This document shows, one piece after another, positions 20,821 through 30,786 of a stretch of DNA of 64,000 bases. Source of the stretch: Candidatus Cloacimonadales bacterium (GTDB taxonomy: Bacteria; Cloacimonadota; Cloacimonadia; Cloacimonadales; JAIOQZ01); contig OY771587.1 of the NCBI GenBank assembly GCA_963674825.1, positions 2,304,001 through 2,368,000 of the forward strand. The letters are read 5' to 3'. Numbering within the stretch: the stretch's first letter is position 1; every line of letters starts with the position of its first letter. Position numbers and translations under genes: made by a program. The notes below the pieces were generated by a model. The model did no database searches, was not told the origin of the DNA, and saw nothing but the letters and a program-made list of their open reading frames with translations.

Positions 20821-22650
20821 CTATTCTGAAGTGACTTTCCCGGCCTTCAGGCTGTCCAGGATATGCTGCGCGGTCTTTTCGCCGATGCCGGGTACCTGCA
20901 TGAGCTGCTCGGGCGAGGCTTTTTTGAGGTTCTCCACCGAGCCGAACATCTTGAGCAGCAAGAATTTCTTTTCGCTGCCGACACCTCTGACACTGTCCAG
21001 TTCGCTGACCAGCGTGCGCATGGAGCGTTTCTTGCGATGGAAAGTGATGGCGAAATGATGGGCTTCGTCGCGCACCTTGATCAGGAGTCGCAGCGCGGAT
21101 GATGATCGCGGTAGGATCACCGATTCGCTGCTTCCCGGGCGGAACACTTCCTCAATCCGCTTTGCCAGCGATATCATCTCGATCCCTTCCACACCAGAAT
21201 TTTGCAGCACCTTCCAGGCGCGTCCGAGCTGTCCCTTGCCTCCGTCGATAACGATCAGATCGGGCTTCTCTTGCTCGTCGATCTTTGCCAGATAGCGGAT
21301 GAGCGTCTCCTCCATGCTGGCGAAGTCGTCCTGCCCGGTGACGGTTTTCATGGTGTAGTGTCGGTAATTCCGCTTCTTCATCCTGCCGTTTTCGGAAAAG
21401 ACCATCGATGATACCGTCTCCGAGCCCTGGATGGTAGAGATATCGAAGCACACGATCTTTCGCGGTAGCTGCGGAAGGCCGAGTTTGTCCTTGAGCTCCT
21501 GAATGGGGAAGATGGTGCGGTTTTTCTTGCGAAGGTACTTGAGCTTGAGCTCTTCGACATAGTTGAATGCGTTTTCGCGCGCCATGAGCATGAGCCGGCG
21601 ATTATCGCCTCGCTGCGGTACCACGAGCCGGTTCTTTAGCCAGCCGTTGATGACCTCGAAGTCCTCCGGTTCGTTCTGGATGTAGATGCGATAGGGGAGC
21701 TTGCTGTCGTCGCCACTCCGATCGATCACTTGCGCGTAATACTGCTGCAGGAACGCAGCCATGAGCTGGGCCTCGGATTGATCCGCGGTGTTTTCGAGCT
21801 CGTGGATTTCGCGATTGAGCAGCTTTCCCGAGAGTACCTTGAGTACCGACGCCACAGCTCGCTCGCCTTCGATGTAGAGTCCGATCACATCGCGATCTTT
21901 CTCGTCGGTGAAATAGACGTTCTGGCTCGCCATGAGCTTCTCGATGTGCTGGAGCCGGTCGCGCATCTTCGCGGCCTTCTCGAACTCGAGGTTATCCGAA
22001 TATTCCTGCATCCTATGCCGGATGGCCTCCGCGACTTCGTGATCCTTACCCTGGAGGAAACGCACGATCTGGGTGACTGTCTGCCGGTATTCCTGTTTGG
22101 TGATGTAGCCTACGCACGGTGCGGGGCATTTACCCATCTGGTAGTTCATGCACGGGCGGTCGTGGATAACGCGATCTTCGGGAATCTCCAATGCACAGGT
22201 GCGGATGGGGAAGATCCACTCGATCAGCCGTAGGGTGCGCCGTACAGCCCGGGAATCGGTGTACGGACCGAAGTATTGCGACCCATCTTTCACTTGCTCG
22301 CGCGTTACAAAAATGCGCGGAAAAGGCTCGTTCGAGATGCGGATAAAGGGGTATTGTTTATCGTCTTTGAGCCGGATATTGTAGTGGGGCCGATGCTTCT
22401 TGATCAGGTTTGCTTCCAGCACCAGCGCTTCGTATTCGCTAACGGTGATGATGTAGTCAAAATCGTCGATGTTCTCCACCAGGCTACGTGTCTTTTCATC
22501 CGCAGGGGTTCCGGTGAAGTAGGATTTGAGGCGGTTCTTGAGGTTTAGTGCCTTGCCGACATAGATGATCTCGCCCTCTTTGTCCCGCATACGATAGACA
22601 CCCGGCTTGTCCGGGGCTAATTGCAGTTTCTTCAGGTACTTTTTTTCCAT
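20821..22650 (-). CDS. uvrC: Excinuclease ABC subunit C
   Basis: GIY-YIG motif PGVY...YVGKA, UVR domain, FDIS, DGGKGQ, C-terminal HhH. Confidence 0.97.
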   Translation of the reverse strand: MEKKYLKKLQLAPDKPGVYRMRDKEGEIIYVGKALNLKNRLKSYFTGTPADEKTRSLVENIDDFDYIITVSEYEALVLEANLIKKHRPHYNIRLKDDKQYPFIRISNEPFPRIFVTREQVKDGSQYFGPYTDSRAVRRTLRLIEWIFPIRTCALEIPEDRVIHDRPCMNYQMGKCPAPCVGYITKQEYRQTVTQIVRFLQGKDHEVAEAIRHRMQEYSDNLEFEKAAKMRDRLQHIEKLMASQNVYFTDEKDRDVIGLYIEGERAVASVLKVLSGKLLNREIHELENTADQSEAQLMAAFLQQYYAQVIDRSGDDSKLPYRIYIQNEPEDFEVINGWLKNRLVVPQRGDNRRLMLMARENAFNYVEELKLKYLRKKNRTIFPIQELKDKLGLPQLPRKIVCFDISTIQGSETVSSMVFSENGRMKKRNYRHYTMKTVTGQDDFASMEETLIRYLAKIDEQEKPDLIVIDGGKGQLGRAWKVLQNSGVEGIEMISLAKRIEEVFRPGSSESVILPRSSSALRLLIKVRDEAHHFAITFHRKKRSMRTLVSELDSVRGVGSEKKFLLLKMFGSVENLKKASPEQLMQVPGIGEKTAQHILDSLKAGKVTSE

Positions 22651-24188
22651 GTCAGTTTCCGTCTTTTGAAATCTAAGTGAAGGCCCATGAGGCGAAGCCC
22701 GGGCAGGATAATCACGATGGAAAGGGCGATATGCAGTGCCAGGCGGATTGCGCCGTGTAGCCAGTCGTTGCCAGTGATCAGCAGCGCGACCGGTACTTTC
22801 GCGGCGTAGACCAGCACACCCAGGATCATGATGTAGAATGACTCTTTTACGATCGAGCGGCTGTGGATGTATGGGTATTTTTTCTTGATCAAAATTATCA
22901 GAATGGCCGTCTGCACCACAGCTGAAAGTGAAGTAGCCAGCGCGAGGCCGACATGCGCCAGAAACTGCATCAGGATTAGGTTTAGCACGATGTTGGAGGC
23001 AGTGGCGATTCCCGAGATGATGACCGGTGTCCTGGTGTTGCCGTGGGCATGAAACACCGGTACCAGAATGCGGTTGACACTGAAAAAGACCAGTCCTGCG
23101 CTGTACATGACCAGGGCCGGGGTCGTCATTGCCAGCGCGTGGGCATCGAACGCGCCGCGCATAAATATAACTCGAATGATATCCTGTCCCGAAGCTGCGA
23201 TGAAGGCGGTAACGGGGATCATCAGGAATACCATCGAAAGAGAGGCAAAGCGTATCTTTGAGGAAAGTTCAGGCCACTCCTTTTTCACGATAAGGCGGGA
23301 GAATTCCGGGATTGCCGCGGTTCCGGCCGCGACGCCGAACATCCCCAACGGAAGCTGCATCAGGCGATAGGCGTAGGTTAGCGACGAAATGCTTCCCTCG
23401 GGAAGATACGAAGCCAACATGCGATCGACAACCAGGTTGATCTGAAGGATCGCGATACCGACAACACCCGGTAAGAAACGGTTCCAGAGTTGTCCCATGG
23501 CCTCTGTGTTGCCTTTGACAGAAAGCTGTATCCGATAGCCATGTCGCTTGAGCTGCGGGAAATTGACTACCGTCTGTAAAACGCCACCCAGTAAGACGCC
23601 ATAAGACAGTACAACCGCATATACGTTCATGTCGGAGGGCTTCAGAAGAGCATAAAGCCCAAGTGTTGCGATCATACCGATATTGAAGAATGCAGAGGAT
23701 AGCCCCGGGATAAAAAAGTGTCCGTGGGAATTCAGGATCGCGATGAGGGTTGATGACACACCCACCAGAAAGAGGTACGGGAACATGATGCGCGCCAGCT
23801 TCACCGTGAGTTGCGCGGTCTGTTCGTCGAATCCCGGTGCGAAGATACGCACGATGAGCGGTGCGAGGAGGGTTCCGATGAGGCTGAGGATGACCAGGAA
23901 GATGCTCAGAACGCTGACGACCTGGATTCCGTAATGGATCTGGTCTTTTTTTCCGCGCTTGATGCCGATTTCGTTGTATAGCGGTATGAATGCTGCCGAA
24001 AGCGCTCCCTCACCGAAAAGGCGACGAAGGAGATTGGGCAGAATAAACGCGAGGTTGAAGGCGTCCGCGATGTAGGATGTGCCGAAGAATCCGGCGAAAA
24101 TAAGGTCGCGAAGTAATCCCAAGATGCGGCTGAAGAATACAGCGATAGTCATGAAGAGCGTGTTTTTAGCAAGCTCTCTATGGCTCAT
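22632..24188 (-). CDS. murJ: Lipid II flippase
   Basis: SRILGLLRD, PNLLRRLFGEGALSAAFIP, RLMQLPLG. Confidence 0.95.
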   Translation of the reverse strand: MSHRELAKNTLFMTIAVFFSRILGLLRDLIFAGFFGTSYIADAFNLAFILPNLLRRLFGEGALSAAFIPLYNEIGIKRGKKDQIHYGIQVVSVLSIFLVILSLIGTLLAPLIVRIFAPGFDEQTAQLTVKLARIMFPYLFLVGVSSTLIAILNSHGHFFIPGLSSAFFNIGMIATLGLYALLKPSDMNVYAVVLSYGVLLGGVLQTVVNFPQLKRHGYRIQLSVKGNTEAMGQLWNRFLPGVVGIAILQINLVVDRMLASYLPEGSISSLTYAYRLMQLPLGMFGVAAGTAAIPEFSRLIVKKEWPELSSKIRFASLSMVFLMIPVTAFIAASGQDIIRVIFMRGAFDAHALAMTTPALVMYSAGLVFFSVNRILVPVFHAHGNTRTPVIISGIATASNIVLNLILMQFLAHVGLALATSLSAVVQTAILIILIKKKYPYIHSRSIVKESFYIMILGVLVYAAKVPVALLITGNDWLHGAIRLALHIALSIVIILPGLRLMGLHLDFKRRKLTWKKST

Positions 24189-25585
24189 TTATGCTCCATC
24201 TCCATTGCGCTCATTTTCTGGAATTGCTTGATCTGGCGGACCACAAAGATCGATGTCAGTATGGTCGTCAGGAAGTCCGAGATCGGGAACGAAGCGAATA
24301 CACCAGTCAAACCGATGAAATGTGGCAGAATAAGCAGCAACGGTATCAACATCAGTACTTGTCTCGAAAGTGCAAGGATCAGTGCGGTCGATGCCTTACC
24401 GGTTGCCTGGAAATTGACGGTTCCTGTGATCTGATAGGCTACAACGGGCAATCCGAGGATAATCACGCGCATATATCGTGATGCTTCACGAAGCAGTTCG
24501 GGATCACTGGTGAAGGCGCGGATCAACAATGTTGGGAAAGCCAGCATCAGGATTACGCCAAATACGATGATCACGGTACCGGCAGTGCTTGCGAGCATGT
24601 AGGCCCGTTTGATCTGATTATAGCGTCTGGCTCCATAGTTGAAGCCGATAATTGGTTGTAGCGCTTGGGAGATTCCAAAGATGGGCATCATGAACATCAT
24701 GATAATACTGTTAATGATCCCGTATGCAGCAATATGAATTTCCGAGCCGTAGTGACGTAGTGACTGATTAACCAAGAGTGCGCTACCGCTCATGGCGATC
24801 TGCCTTGCAAAAGATGAGCTTCCGATGGCCAGCATCTCACGAATGATGCTCAAATCCGGCTTCAGATTCGCGAGCCTGAATGTGAGATGACTTTTTCCCC
24901 AGACAAAATACCGGGTAACCCACATAGCCATCAGGAATTGAGCCAGAACTGTCGCGATTGCCGCACCACGTACACCCATGTCGAACACGAATATGAAAAT
25001 CGGGTCCATAATGATATTGCTCAGCGCGGAGACAAGCATCGAGATCATGGCAACGCGCGCGTTGCCTTCGGAGCGGATGATGTTGTTGCTCGCCACCGAA
25101 TAGGCGAAGAACACGTTACCCATCAGGATCGTGCTGAGATAGTCTCTTGCATGGTTGTAGATCAGCGGTGTAGAGCCGAAGGCGTTCAGCAGCCATTCGA
25201 TATTGGACAGACCGAATGCCGCGATCATTGCGCTGAATACTACCGACAGGAGGATGGCGTTACCAAATGCACGGTCAGCGCGATCGATATTGCCGGAGCC
25301 AAGGCCTCGTGATATGATCGATGCCGAGCCAATGCCGACCGTCATGCCGACAGCCATGACAATCATCTGAATGGGGAAGCAAATCGTAATGCCGGCTATC
25401 GCTTCTTTGCCGACTCCCTGACCTACGAAAATACGATCGACAACATTGTAAAGCGCTTGCAACATCATGCCGATCACAGCAGGAATCGAGAGCTTTATCA
25501 TGAGTTTTTTGATGTTGCTGTCGTCGAGTACTTGTTTGCGTGGTGGATTTTGAATGTTTGAATTACCTGTTGAGTTCGACTTCAT
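24185..25585 (-). CDS. MATE-family efflux transporter
   Basis: LYNVVDRIFVG, NIIMDPIFIF, GAAIATV, GFNYGA. Confidence 0.93.
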   Translation of the reverse strand: MKSNSTGNSNIQNPPRKQVLDDSNIKKLMIKLSIPAVIGMMLQALYNVVDRIFVGQGVGKEAIAGITICFPIQMIVMAVGMTVGIGSASIISRGLGSGNIDRADRAFGNAILLSVVFSAMIAAFGLSNIEWLLNAFGSTPLIYNHARDYLSTILMGNVFFAYSVASNNIIRSEGNARVAMISMLVSALSNIIMDPIFIFVFDMGVRGAAIATVLAQFLMAMWVTRYFVWGKSHLTFRLANLKPDLSIIREMLAIGSSSFARQIAMSGSALLVNQSLRHYGSEIHIAAYGIINSIIMMFMMPIFGISQALQPIIGFNYGARRYNQIKRAYMLASTAGTVIIVFGVILMLAFPTLLIRAFTSDPELLREASRYMRVIILGLPVVAYQITGTVNFQATGKASTALILALSRQVLMLIPLLLILPHFIGLTGVFASFPISDFLTTILTSIFVVRQIKQFQKMSAMEMEHK

Positions 25586-26315
25586 AGAATTCCTTGATCG
25601 TGTAATGCTCTGAACGGGGAAACATATCCTTCAATACATAACGATGTTCCGCGCCTACCAACATAACGCAGCGCTTCCCCTGGACGTGAGAAATAATCTG
25701 TTGTATGTGCTCTACCATTTTGGTATTTCGATAATACCAAAACTCGTAATAATTGATCCAGTAACTGCGCAGTTTCTCGAACCGCGCGAATTTTCTCAGA
25801 ATCTCCGGCAGCAATTCACTCCATATGTTGTGGCGCAATCGAACGATACGGTCGAAACCGTTCGAATTGATCATGAACGGATCAGCGTGTGTGAAGTGGA
25901 AATTCTGGATCTCACGAAGCTCCAGCGCCAGTGACAGCATCTGCAGATACATGGCGTTGGATTCGTTACGTTCCAGTTCCGACTGCCACTGATGCAATAA
26001 TTCACCGGCTTCGTCGCGCCGTGAATTGATGCGCTCGATCCGATCGATGAGATCGGGAATATCGAAGGGAACCACGTCGAGATTTTCTTTGCTTACAATC
26101 TCGCGAAGCGCTTCAAGCTCCGGTAGATCGCCTTCGTTAATAATCCGTCGCGGTATTGTACCGCGCCTTCCGCTGAGACTGGTGGGCAGATCGAGGAACA
26201 GGACTTCTGGCTGGAGGCGACGGAGTATCTTGTGCAGATCATACACAGAGTAGCTGGCATTCTTGCGATGTCCTTCATGCAGTGTACCGATCATCACGAT
26301 TTCCGTTCTATCCAT
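25563..26315 (-). CDS. Hypothetical protein, possible TraB/ChaN/EreA-like fold
   Basis: GGAGG RBS; IGTLH...PEVLFLD...RNTKMVEHI...VGAEH pattern. Confidence 0.6.
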   Translation of the reverse strand: MDRTEIVMIGTLHEGHRKNASYSVYDLHKILRRLQPEVLFLDLPTSLSGRRGTIPRRIINEGDLPELEALREIVSKENLDVVPFDIPDLIDRIERINSRRDEAGELLHQWQSELERNESNAMYLQMLSLALELREIQNFHFTHADPFMINSNGFDRIVRLRHNIWSELLPEILRKFARFEKLRSYWINYYEFWYYRNTKMVEHIQQIISHVQGKRCVMLVGAEHRYVLKDMFPRSEHYTIKEFYEVELNR

Positions 26316-26443
26316 ACTTCCTCCGATCATCCCGTATATCAATATTTTACGTTAACGGCTCAAAGAATGCAAACAATATAGAAATTGACAACTTTTCTGT
26401 TCGATTATTTTTTCAGGAAGGTATAAGGATTCAGGAGGTTACT

Positions 26444-28093
26444 ATGAAATACCTGTTAACCATTTTTGTGTTTCTAATGGTTCTGAGCTTATCAGCTACC
26501 TTGAACCATGACTTTGAATCATTTAGAAGGGATTTATCGATACAGACCCAGCAGTGGCAAGGCTCCGCCGAACATCAATCGATTCGTGACAGCAGAGATG
26601 TCCGGGATTATCAGGTGGGAGACACCCGCACGTTCTGGCGCTGGAATCTCAGCGTGATGCCGCCGACATGGATTCAATCCGAAGCCACCTGCCGTGCGGC
26701 TGGCGAACACTGCTACGTATTTGTGGCGGACGATCAGTGGAATCTGCACATGGATCAAGACGACGTAGATACCGTCATGCCTTATCTGGAGGAGCACACG
26801 CTCAATTGTGACCTTTATGGGGCGGTCGAGATGGATACCGAGCTCTTCGGTCCGATTCCGGACGAGCTGGACAACGATCCCAAGCTGATCGTGTTCTATT
26901 CGGCGCTGGGGCAGTTCAATGGGAGCCAGTTTGACGGCTATTTCAGTCCGTACAACCAGGTTACCGAGGAAGAGGCTCAGCAGATGAGCCCATCTGGTCA
27001 CAGCAACGAGTGCGAGATGATTTACATGACATGCTATCCGCTTGACCCGGTCGAGCCGATCCGTATCTCGGTTCTGGCGCATGAGCTTCAACACCTGATC
27101 CACTGGGGCGGCGACGCAAACGAAGAGACCTGGGTTGACGAAGGCTGTGCCGAACTGGCGATGGTATGGTTTGGTATGCCCGATCCGATTACCGGCTTCA
27201 ACACCAACCCGAACAACAGTCTCGTCGATTGGAATCAGCTCTTCGCCGACTACGTTAAGGTGATGCTTTTCTTCACCTACATGGCTGAGCAGTACGACGA
27301 CGGCACACTGATTCAAGACATCGTCTCTAATCCGGCCAACAGCATTACCGGTATTTCGGAGGAACTCGAGGCCCATGAAACGGGTATTCTGTTCGACGAT
27401 TTGTTTACGGACTGGACGATCGCCAATTTCCTCCACGACACAATTCCCTACGAGGGATTATACGGGTACGAGTTGCTTGATCTGCCTAACTTCACTGCTA
27501 CCAATATTCACACGACCCTGCCGGACGATGGTGATGGCGATGTCCTGGATTGGGCAGCAGAATACTGCAAGGTAATAACCGGTGAGTTGCCCCTGACTTT
27601 CAGTGTCAGCACTTCGGCCATGACTGCCATTGCAGAAATCAGGATCGGGCTCGATCCAATGGACACGCTTGTCCTGATGCACTACTGCGAAGACGAGCTG
27701 AGCTTCACATCCCATGCGACCAGCGACGAATTTAGCAGCGTAGTGTTGGCGTTCATCAACCTCTACGAGAACGAAATCACCTACGACTACACCGTCGATG
27801 AAGTTACGTCGATCGACGAAGAGCAGACGGATGCACCATTCACCTTCAGCTTTGCGCCCAATCCATATCGAGGTGGTAATCTGAGCATGTCTGTCTCTGC
27901 TGCAAAACCTGTTCCTGTGTCCATCTACAACGTTCGTGGACAAGTGGTGCGCGAGTTGCGAACAGACGATCGCGGTGTTGCACAGTGGGATGGATGCGAC
28001 AGACTCGGTAAGCCGGTAGCCGAAGGAATATACCTGCTTCGTGTCGAATCGCACCAAGGGCCGGTCGTCCGTAAGGTGACGGTGCTGCGATGA
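26444..28093 (+). CDS. Secreted zinc metallopeptidase (M30/M6-like) with FlgD-Ig/T9SS-like C-terminal domain
   Basis: Signal peptide; LAHELQHLIH...WVDEGCAE; C-terminal PNPY...IYNVRGQVVR...WDG...GIYLLR...KVTVLR. Confidence 0.85.
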   Translation: MKYLLTIFVFLMVLSLSATLNHDFESFRRDLSIQTQQWQGSAEHQSIRDSRDVRDYQVGDTRTFWRWNLSVMPPTWIQSEATCRAAGEHCYVFVADDQWNLHMDQDDVDTVMPYLEEHTLNCDLYGAVEMDTELFGPIPDELDNDPKLIVFYSALGQFNGSQFDGYFSPYNQVTEEEAQQMSPSGHSNECEMIYMTCYPLDPVEPIRISVLAHELQHLIHWGGDANEETWVDEGCAELAMVWFGMPDPITGFNTNPNNSLVDWNQLFADYVKVMLFFTYMAEQYDDGTLIQDIVSNPANSITGISEELEAHETGILFDDLFTDWTIANFLHDTIPYEGLYGYELLDLPNFTATNIHTTLPDDGDGDVLDWAAEYCKVITGELPLTFSVSTSAMTAIAEIRIGLDPMDTLVLMHYCEDELSFTSHATSDEFSSVVLAFINLYENEITYDYTVDEVTSIDEEQTDAPFTFSFAPNPYRGGNLSMSVSAAKPVPVSIYNVRGQVVRELRTDDRGVAQWDGCDRLGKPVAEGIYLLRVESHQGPVVRKVTVLR

Positions 28094-28932
28094 GAAGACT
28101 TTTGATCGCGCTGGGACTGCTTCTTGTCCCAGTGCTGGTTTTAGCCCAGGCCGTGTTCGTGGAAACCGCCACTGGCGACACGCTGACAGTGGCTGAAGCA
28201 GCTCAGAAGTTGCTCGAATACGATGTTGTGTTCTTCGGAGAGTATCACGACAACGCGATTCTACACCATATGGAGATAAACCTGCTGAAGGCGATGCACG
28301 AGAAAGATCCGAATCTGGTGGTTTCGATGGAGATGTTCGAGCGCGATGTGCAAACGGAACTCTCCTTGTATACTCAAGGCATCACGGTAGAGAAATTCTT
28401 CCTCGAAAACACACGCCCGTGGAGCAACTACGAGACCGACTATCGTCCGGTCGTCGAATTCGCAAAGGAAAATCAGCTACCCGTTATTGCCGCCAATGTT
28501 CCGCGAGATCTCGCGGCGAAAGTCAGTCGGGGTGGAATGGATGCTTTCGACGGCTTCAACCTCAAAGAGAAGCAGAACTCCGCACGTAAGCTGACAGCAC
28601 CCGACGACGAATACAAGAAGCGTTTTATGGAAACCATGTCCGGTGGGATGCATCCCATGGGCAAGCTGAACATGGATTACCTCTATCTTGCGCAGTGCCT
28701 CAAGGATGACACGATGGCAGAGAGTGTCGCGAATTTTCTGGAGCGATTTCCGGACAAAAAAGTGATCCATTTCAACGGCGACTTCCATAGTAACAGTCAT
28801 CTGGGGACAGTCTCCAGACTCGAAGCGATCAAGCCAGGAATCAAAATCGCTGTCATCACACCAGCAGTAAAACCGCTCGAGTCGCAAGACACCGGGATGG
28901 GCGAATTCCTGATACCACTGGATTCGGAATAG
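28090..28932 (+). CDS. ChaN-family exported protein
   Basis: FFGEYHD, SMEMFERD, AANVPR, QCLKDDTMAES, NGDFHS. Confidence 0.88.
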   Translation: MRRLLIALGLLLVPVLVLAQAVFVETATGDTLTVAEAAQKLLEYDVVFFGEYHDNAILHHMEINLLKAMHEKDPNLVVSMEMFERDVQTELSLYTQGITVEKFFLENTRPWSNYETDYRPVVEFAKENQLPVIAANVPRDLAAKVSRGGMDAFDGFNLKEKQNSARKLTAPDDEYKKRFMETMSGGMHPMGKLNMDYLYLAQCLKDDTMAESVANFLERFPDKKVIHFNGDFHSNSHLGTVSRLEAIKPGIKIAVITPAVKPLESQDTGMGEFLIPLDSE

Positions 28933-29074
28933 TCAAATTACGGGATATTCACGCATTATAAACATATAAAAAACAGACAAATAATGCAAAAAAACGCCCA
29001 TTCGGGGATTTTCCTTGACGTTAAAGCGGCCCATAGAATTTTGAGGGAAATAATACACGCAAAGGAGTACTTGA

Positions 29075-30388
29075 ATGAGTAAGAAAGTGTTAATCATGGG
29101 CGCTGCCGGTCGTGACTTCCACAATTTCAACGTCTATTATCGTGATAACAAGGACTATGAAGTTGTAGCATTCACCGCGACCCAGATTCCTGACATCGAT
29201 GGAAGAAAATACCCCGCCGAGCTGGCTGGTGAACTTTACCCGGAAGGTATTCCGATTTACGCTGAAGAAGACCTCGTAAAGCTGATCAAAGAAAACAACA
29301 TTGATCAGGTTGTCTTCTCTTACAGCGATGTCCCGCACGAAGTCGTTATGCACAAGGCTTCCCTGGTGAACGCTGTCGGCGCTGAATTCATTCTTCTTGG
29401 CGCACGTCAGACCCAGGTCAAAACCGACAAGCCGCTGGTCACCATCTGCGCGACCCGTACCGGCTGTGGTAAGAGCCAGACCACCCGCGCGGTTGTCAAA
29501 GCCCTCAAAGCCAAAGGTAAAAAAGTCGTCTCTATCCGTCACCCCATGCCTTACGGTGACCTCGTGGCTCAGAAAGTTCAGCGCTTCGCAGAACTCGAGG
29601 ACCTTAAGAAACACAAATGCACCATCGAAGAGATGGAAGAGTACGAACCGCATATCGCAATGGGCAGCGTGATTTACGCTGGTGTCGATTACGAAGCGAT
29701 TCTCCGCGAAGCTGAGAAAGAAGCCGACGTCATTATATGGGACGGCGGAAACAACGATATTTCTTTCTACTGCTCCGACAAGATGATCAACATCGTCGTC
29801 GTCGACCCGCATCGTCCGGGCCACGAAGTCAGCTATCATCCTGGCGAGACCAACCTCAACCTGGCAGACGTAGTCGTCATCAACAAGATCGACTCCGCCG
29901 ACATGGACGACATCCTCGAAGTGCGCGACAACATCCGCATGATCAACCCGGATGCTATCGTCATCGACGGCGCATCTCCGCTGACAGTTGACAAGCCCGA
30001 ACTGATCAAGGGCAAGAACGTCCTCGTCGTCGAAGACGGTCCTACCCTCACCCACGGTGAGATGACCTACGGCGCAGGCGTTGTCGCTGCTGAGAAATAC
30101 GGCTGCGAAGAACTCGTTGATCCGCGCGAATGGGCTGTCGGAACCATCGACGAAACCTTCATTAAATACCCTGAAATCGGTATCCTGCTCCCCGCAATGG
30201 GTTACGGCGACCAGCAGATTAAGGATCTCGAAGAGACCATCAACGCCGTCGAATGTGACGCCGTCGTTATCGCTACTCCGATCGACCTCAACCGCGTCTG
30301 CAAGATCGACAAGCCGACCGTCCGCGTCAGCTACGACCTTCAGGAAATTGGTGCTCCCACCATCGCGGATGTCCTTAAGGACTTCTAA
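29075..30388 (+). CDS. P-loop ATPase of the cyclic 2,3-diphosphoglycerate synthetase-like / arginine synthetase ArcE family
   Basis: GAAGRDFHNFN, TATQIP, RTGCGKSQT, RHPMPYG, WDGGNND, EDGPTLTHG, PAMGY. Confidence 0.85.
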   Translation: MSKKVLIMGAAGRDFHNFNVYYRDNKDYEVVAFTATQIPDIDGRKYPAELAGELYPEGIPIYAEEDLVKLIKENNIDQVVFSYSDVPHEVVMHKASLVNAVGAEFILLGARQTQVKTDKPLVTICATRTGCGKSQTTRAVVKALKAKGKKVVSIRHPMPYGDLVAQKVQRFAELEDLKKHKCTIEEMEEYEPHIAMGSVIYAGVDYEAILREAEKEADVIIWDGGNNDISFYCSDKMINIVVVDPHRPGHEVSYHPGETNLNLADVVVINKIDSADMDDILEVRDNIRMINPDAIVIDGASPLTVDKPELIKGKNVLVVEDGPTLTHGEMTYGAGVVAAEKYGCEELVDPREWAVGTIDETFIKYPEIGILLPAMGYGDQQIKDLEETINAVECDAVVIATPIDLNRVCKIDKPTVRVSYDLQEIGAPTIADVLKDF

Positions 30389-30410
30389 GCTATTATAGCT
30401 GATACATACG

Positions 30411-30440
30411 ACGCCCCTTCATACGGAGGGGCGTTTTTTT
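30411..30440 (+). terminator. Intrinsic terminator
   Basis: ACGCCCCTTC-ATAC-GGAGGGGCGT followed by a T run. Confidence 0.88.
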
Positions 30441-30504
30441 ATGGTGCGGTATTATGCTTTGCAAAACGCGCAGCTCAGCATGATACTGAGAATATGCTAT
30501 TTGC

Positions 30505-30532
30505 TGTAGGGGCAATCCACTGTGATTGCCCT
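30505..30532 (+). repeat. GTAG-type REP-like palindrome
   Basis: TGTAGGGGCAAT-CCACTGTG-ATTGCCCT; stem covaries with 16370-16397. Confidence 0.7.
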
Positions 30533-30539
30533 TCTCTTA

Positions 30540-30564
30540 TGGAGCGCGGACGTCCTCGTCCGCA
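30540..30564 (+). repeat. REP-like palindrome, TGGAGC class
   Basis: TGGAGC-GCGGACG-TCCT-CGTCCGC. Confidence 0.55.
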
Positions 30565-30755
30565 TGTTTTCCTGCCTAACCTTTGTTCCTGCGGTATAAT
30601 CATCTGGATGTGGCCAACGAAGCGAAGCTCTTCCGAATGTTGATGTCATGGGCAGTGGATGATTTTGAGGATACAGGTATGCCAAGCTATGGAAGATTCG
30701 ATTTATCAAACTGCGTCTGAGAATCACAGGGCTTGGCGCACCGTGGAGAGAAAAT

Positions 30756-30781
30756 TGCAGACGAGACGTCTGCGTACCCAG
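30756..30781 (-). repeat. REP-like palindrome, CTGGGTAC class
   Basis: CTGGGTAC-GCAGACG-TCT-CGTCTGC; sibling at 16431. Confidence 0.7.
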
Positions 30782-30786
30782 GACGG

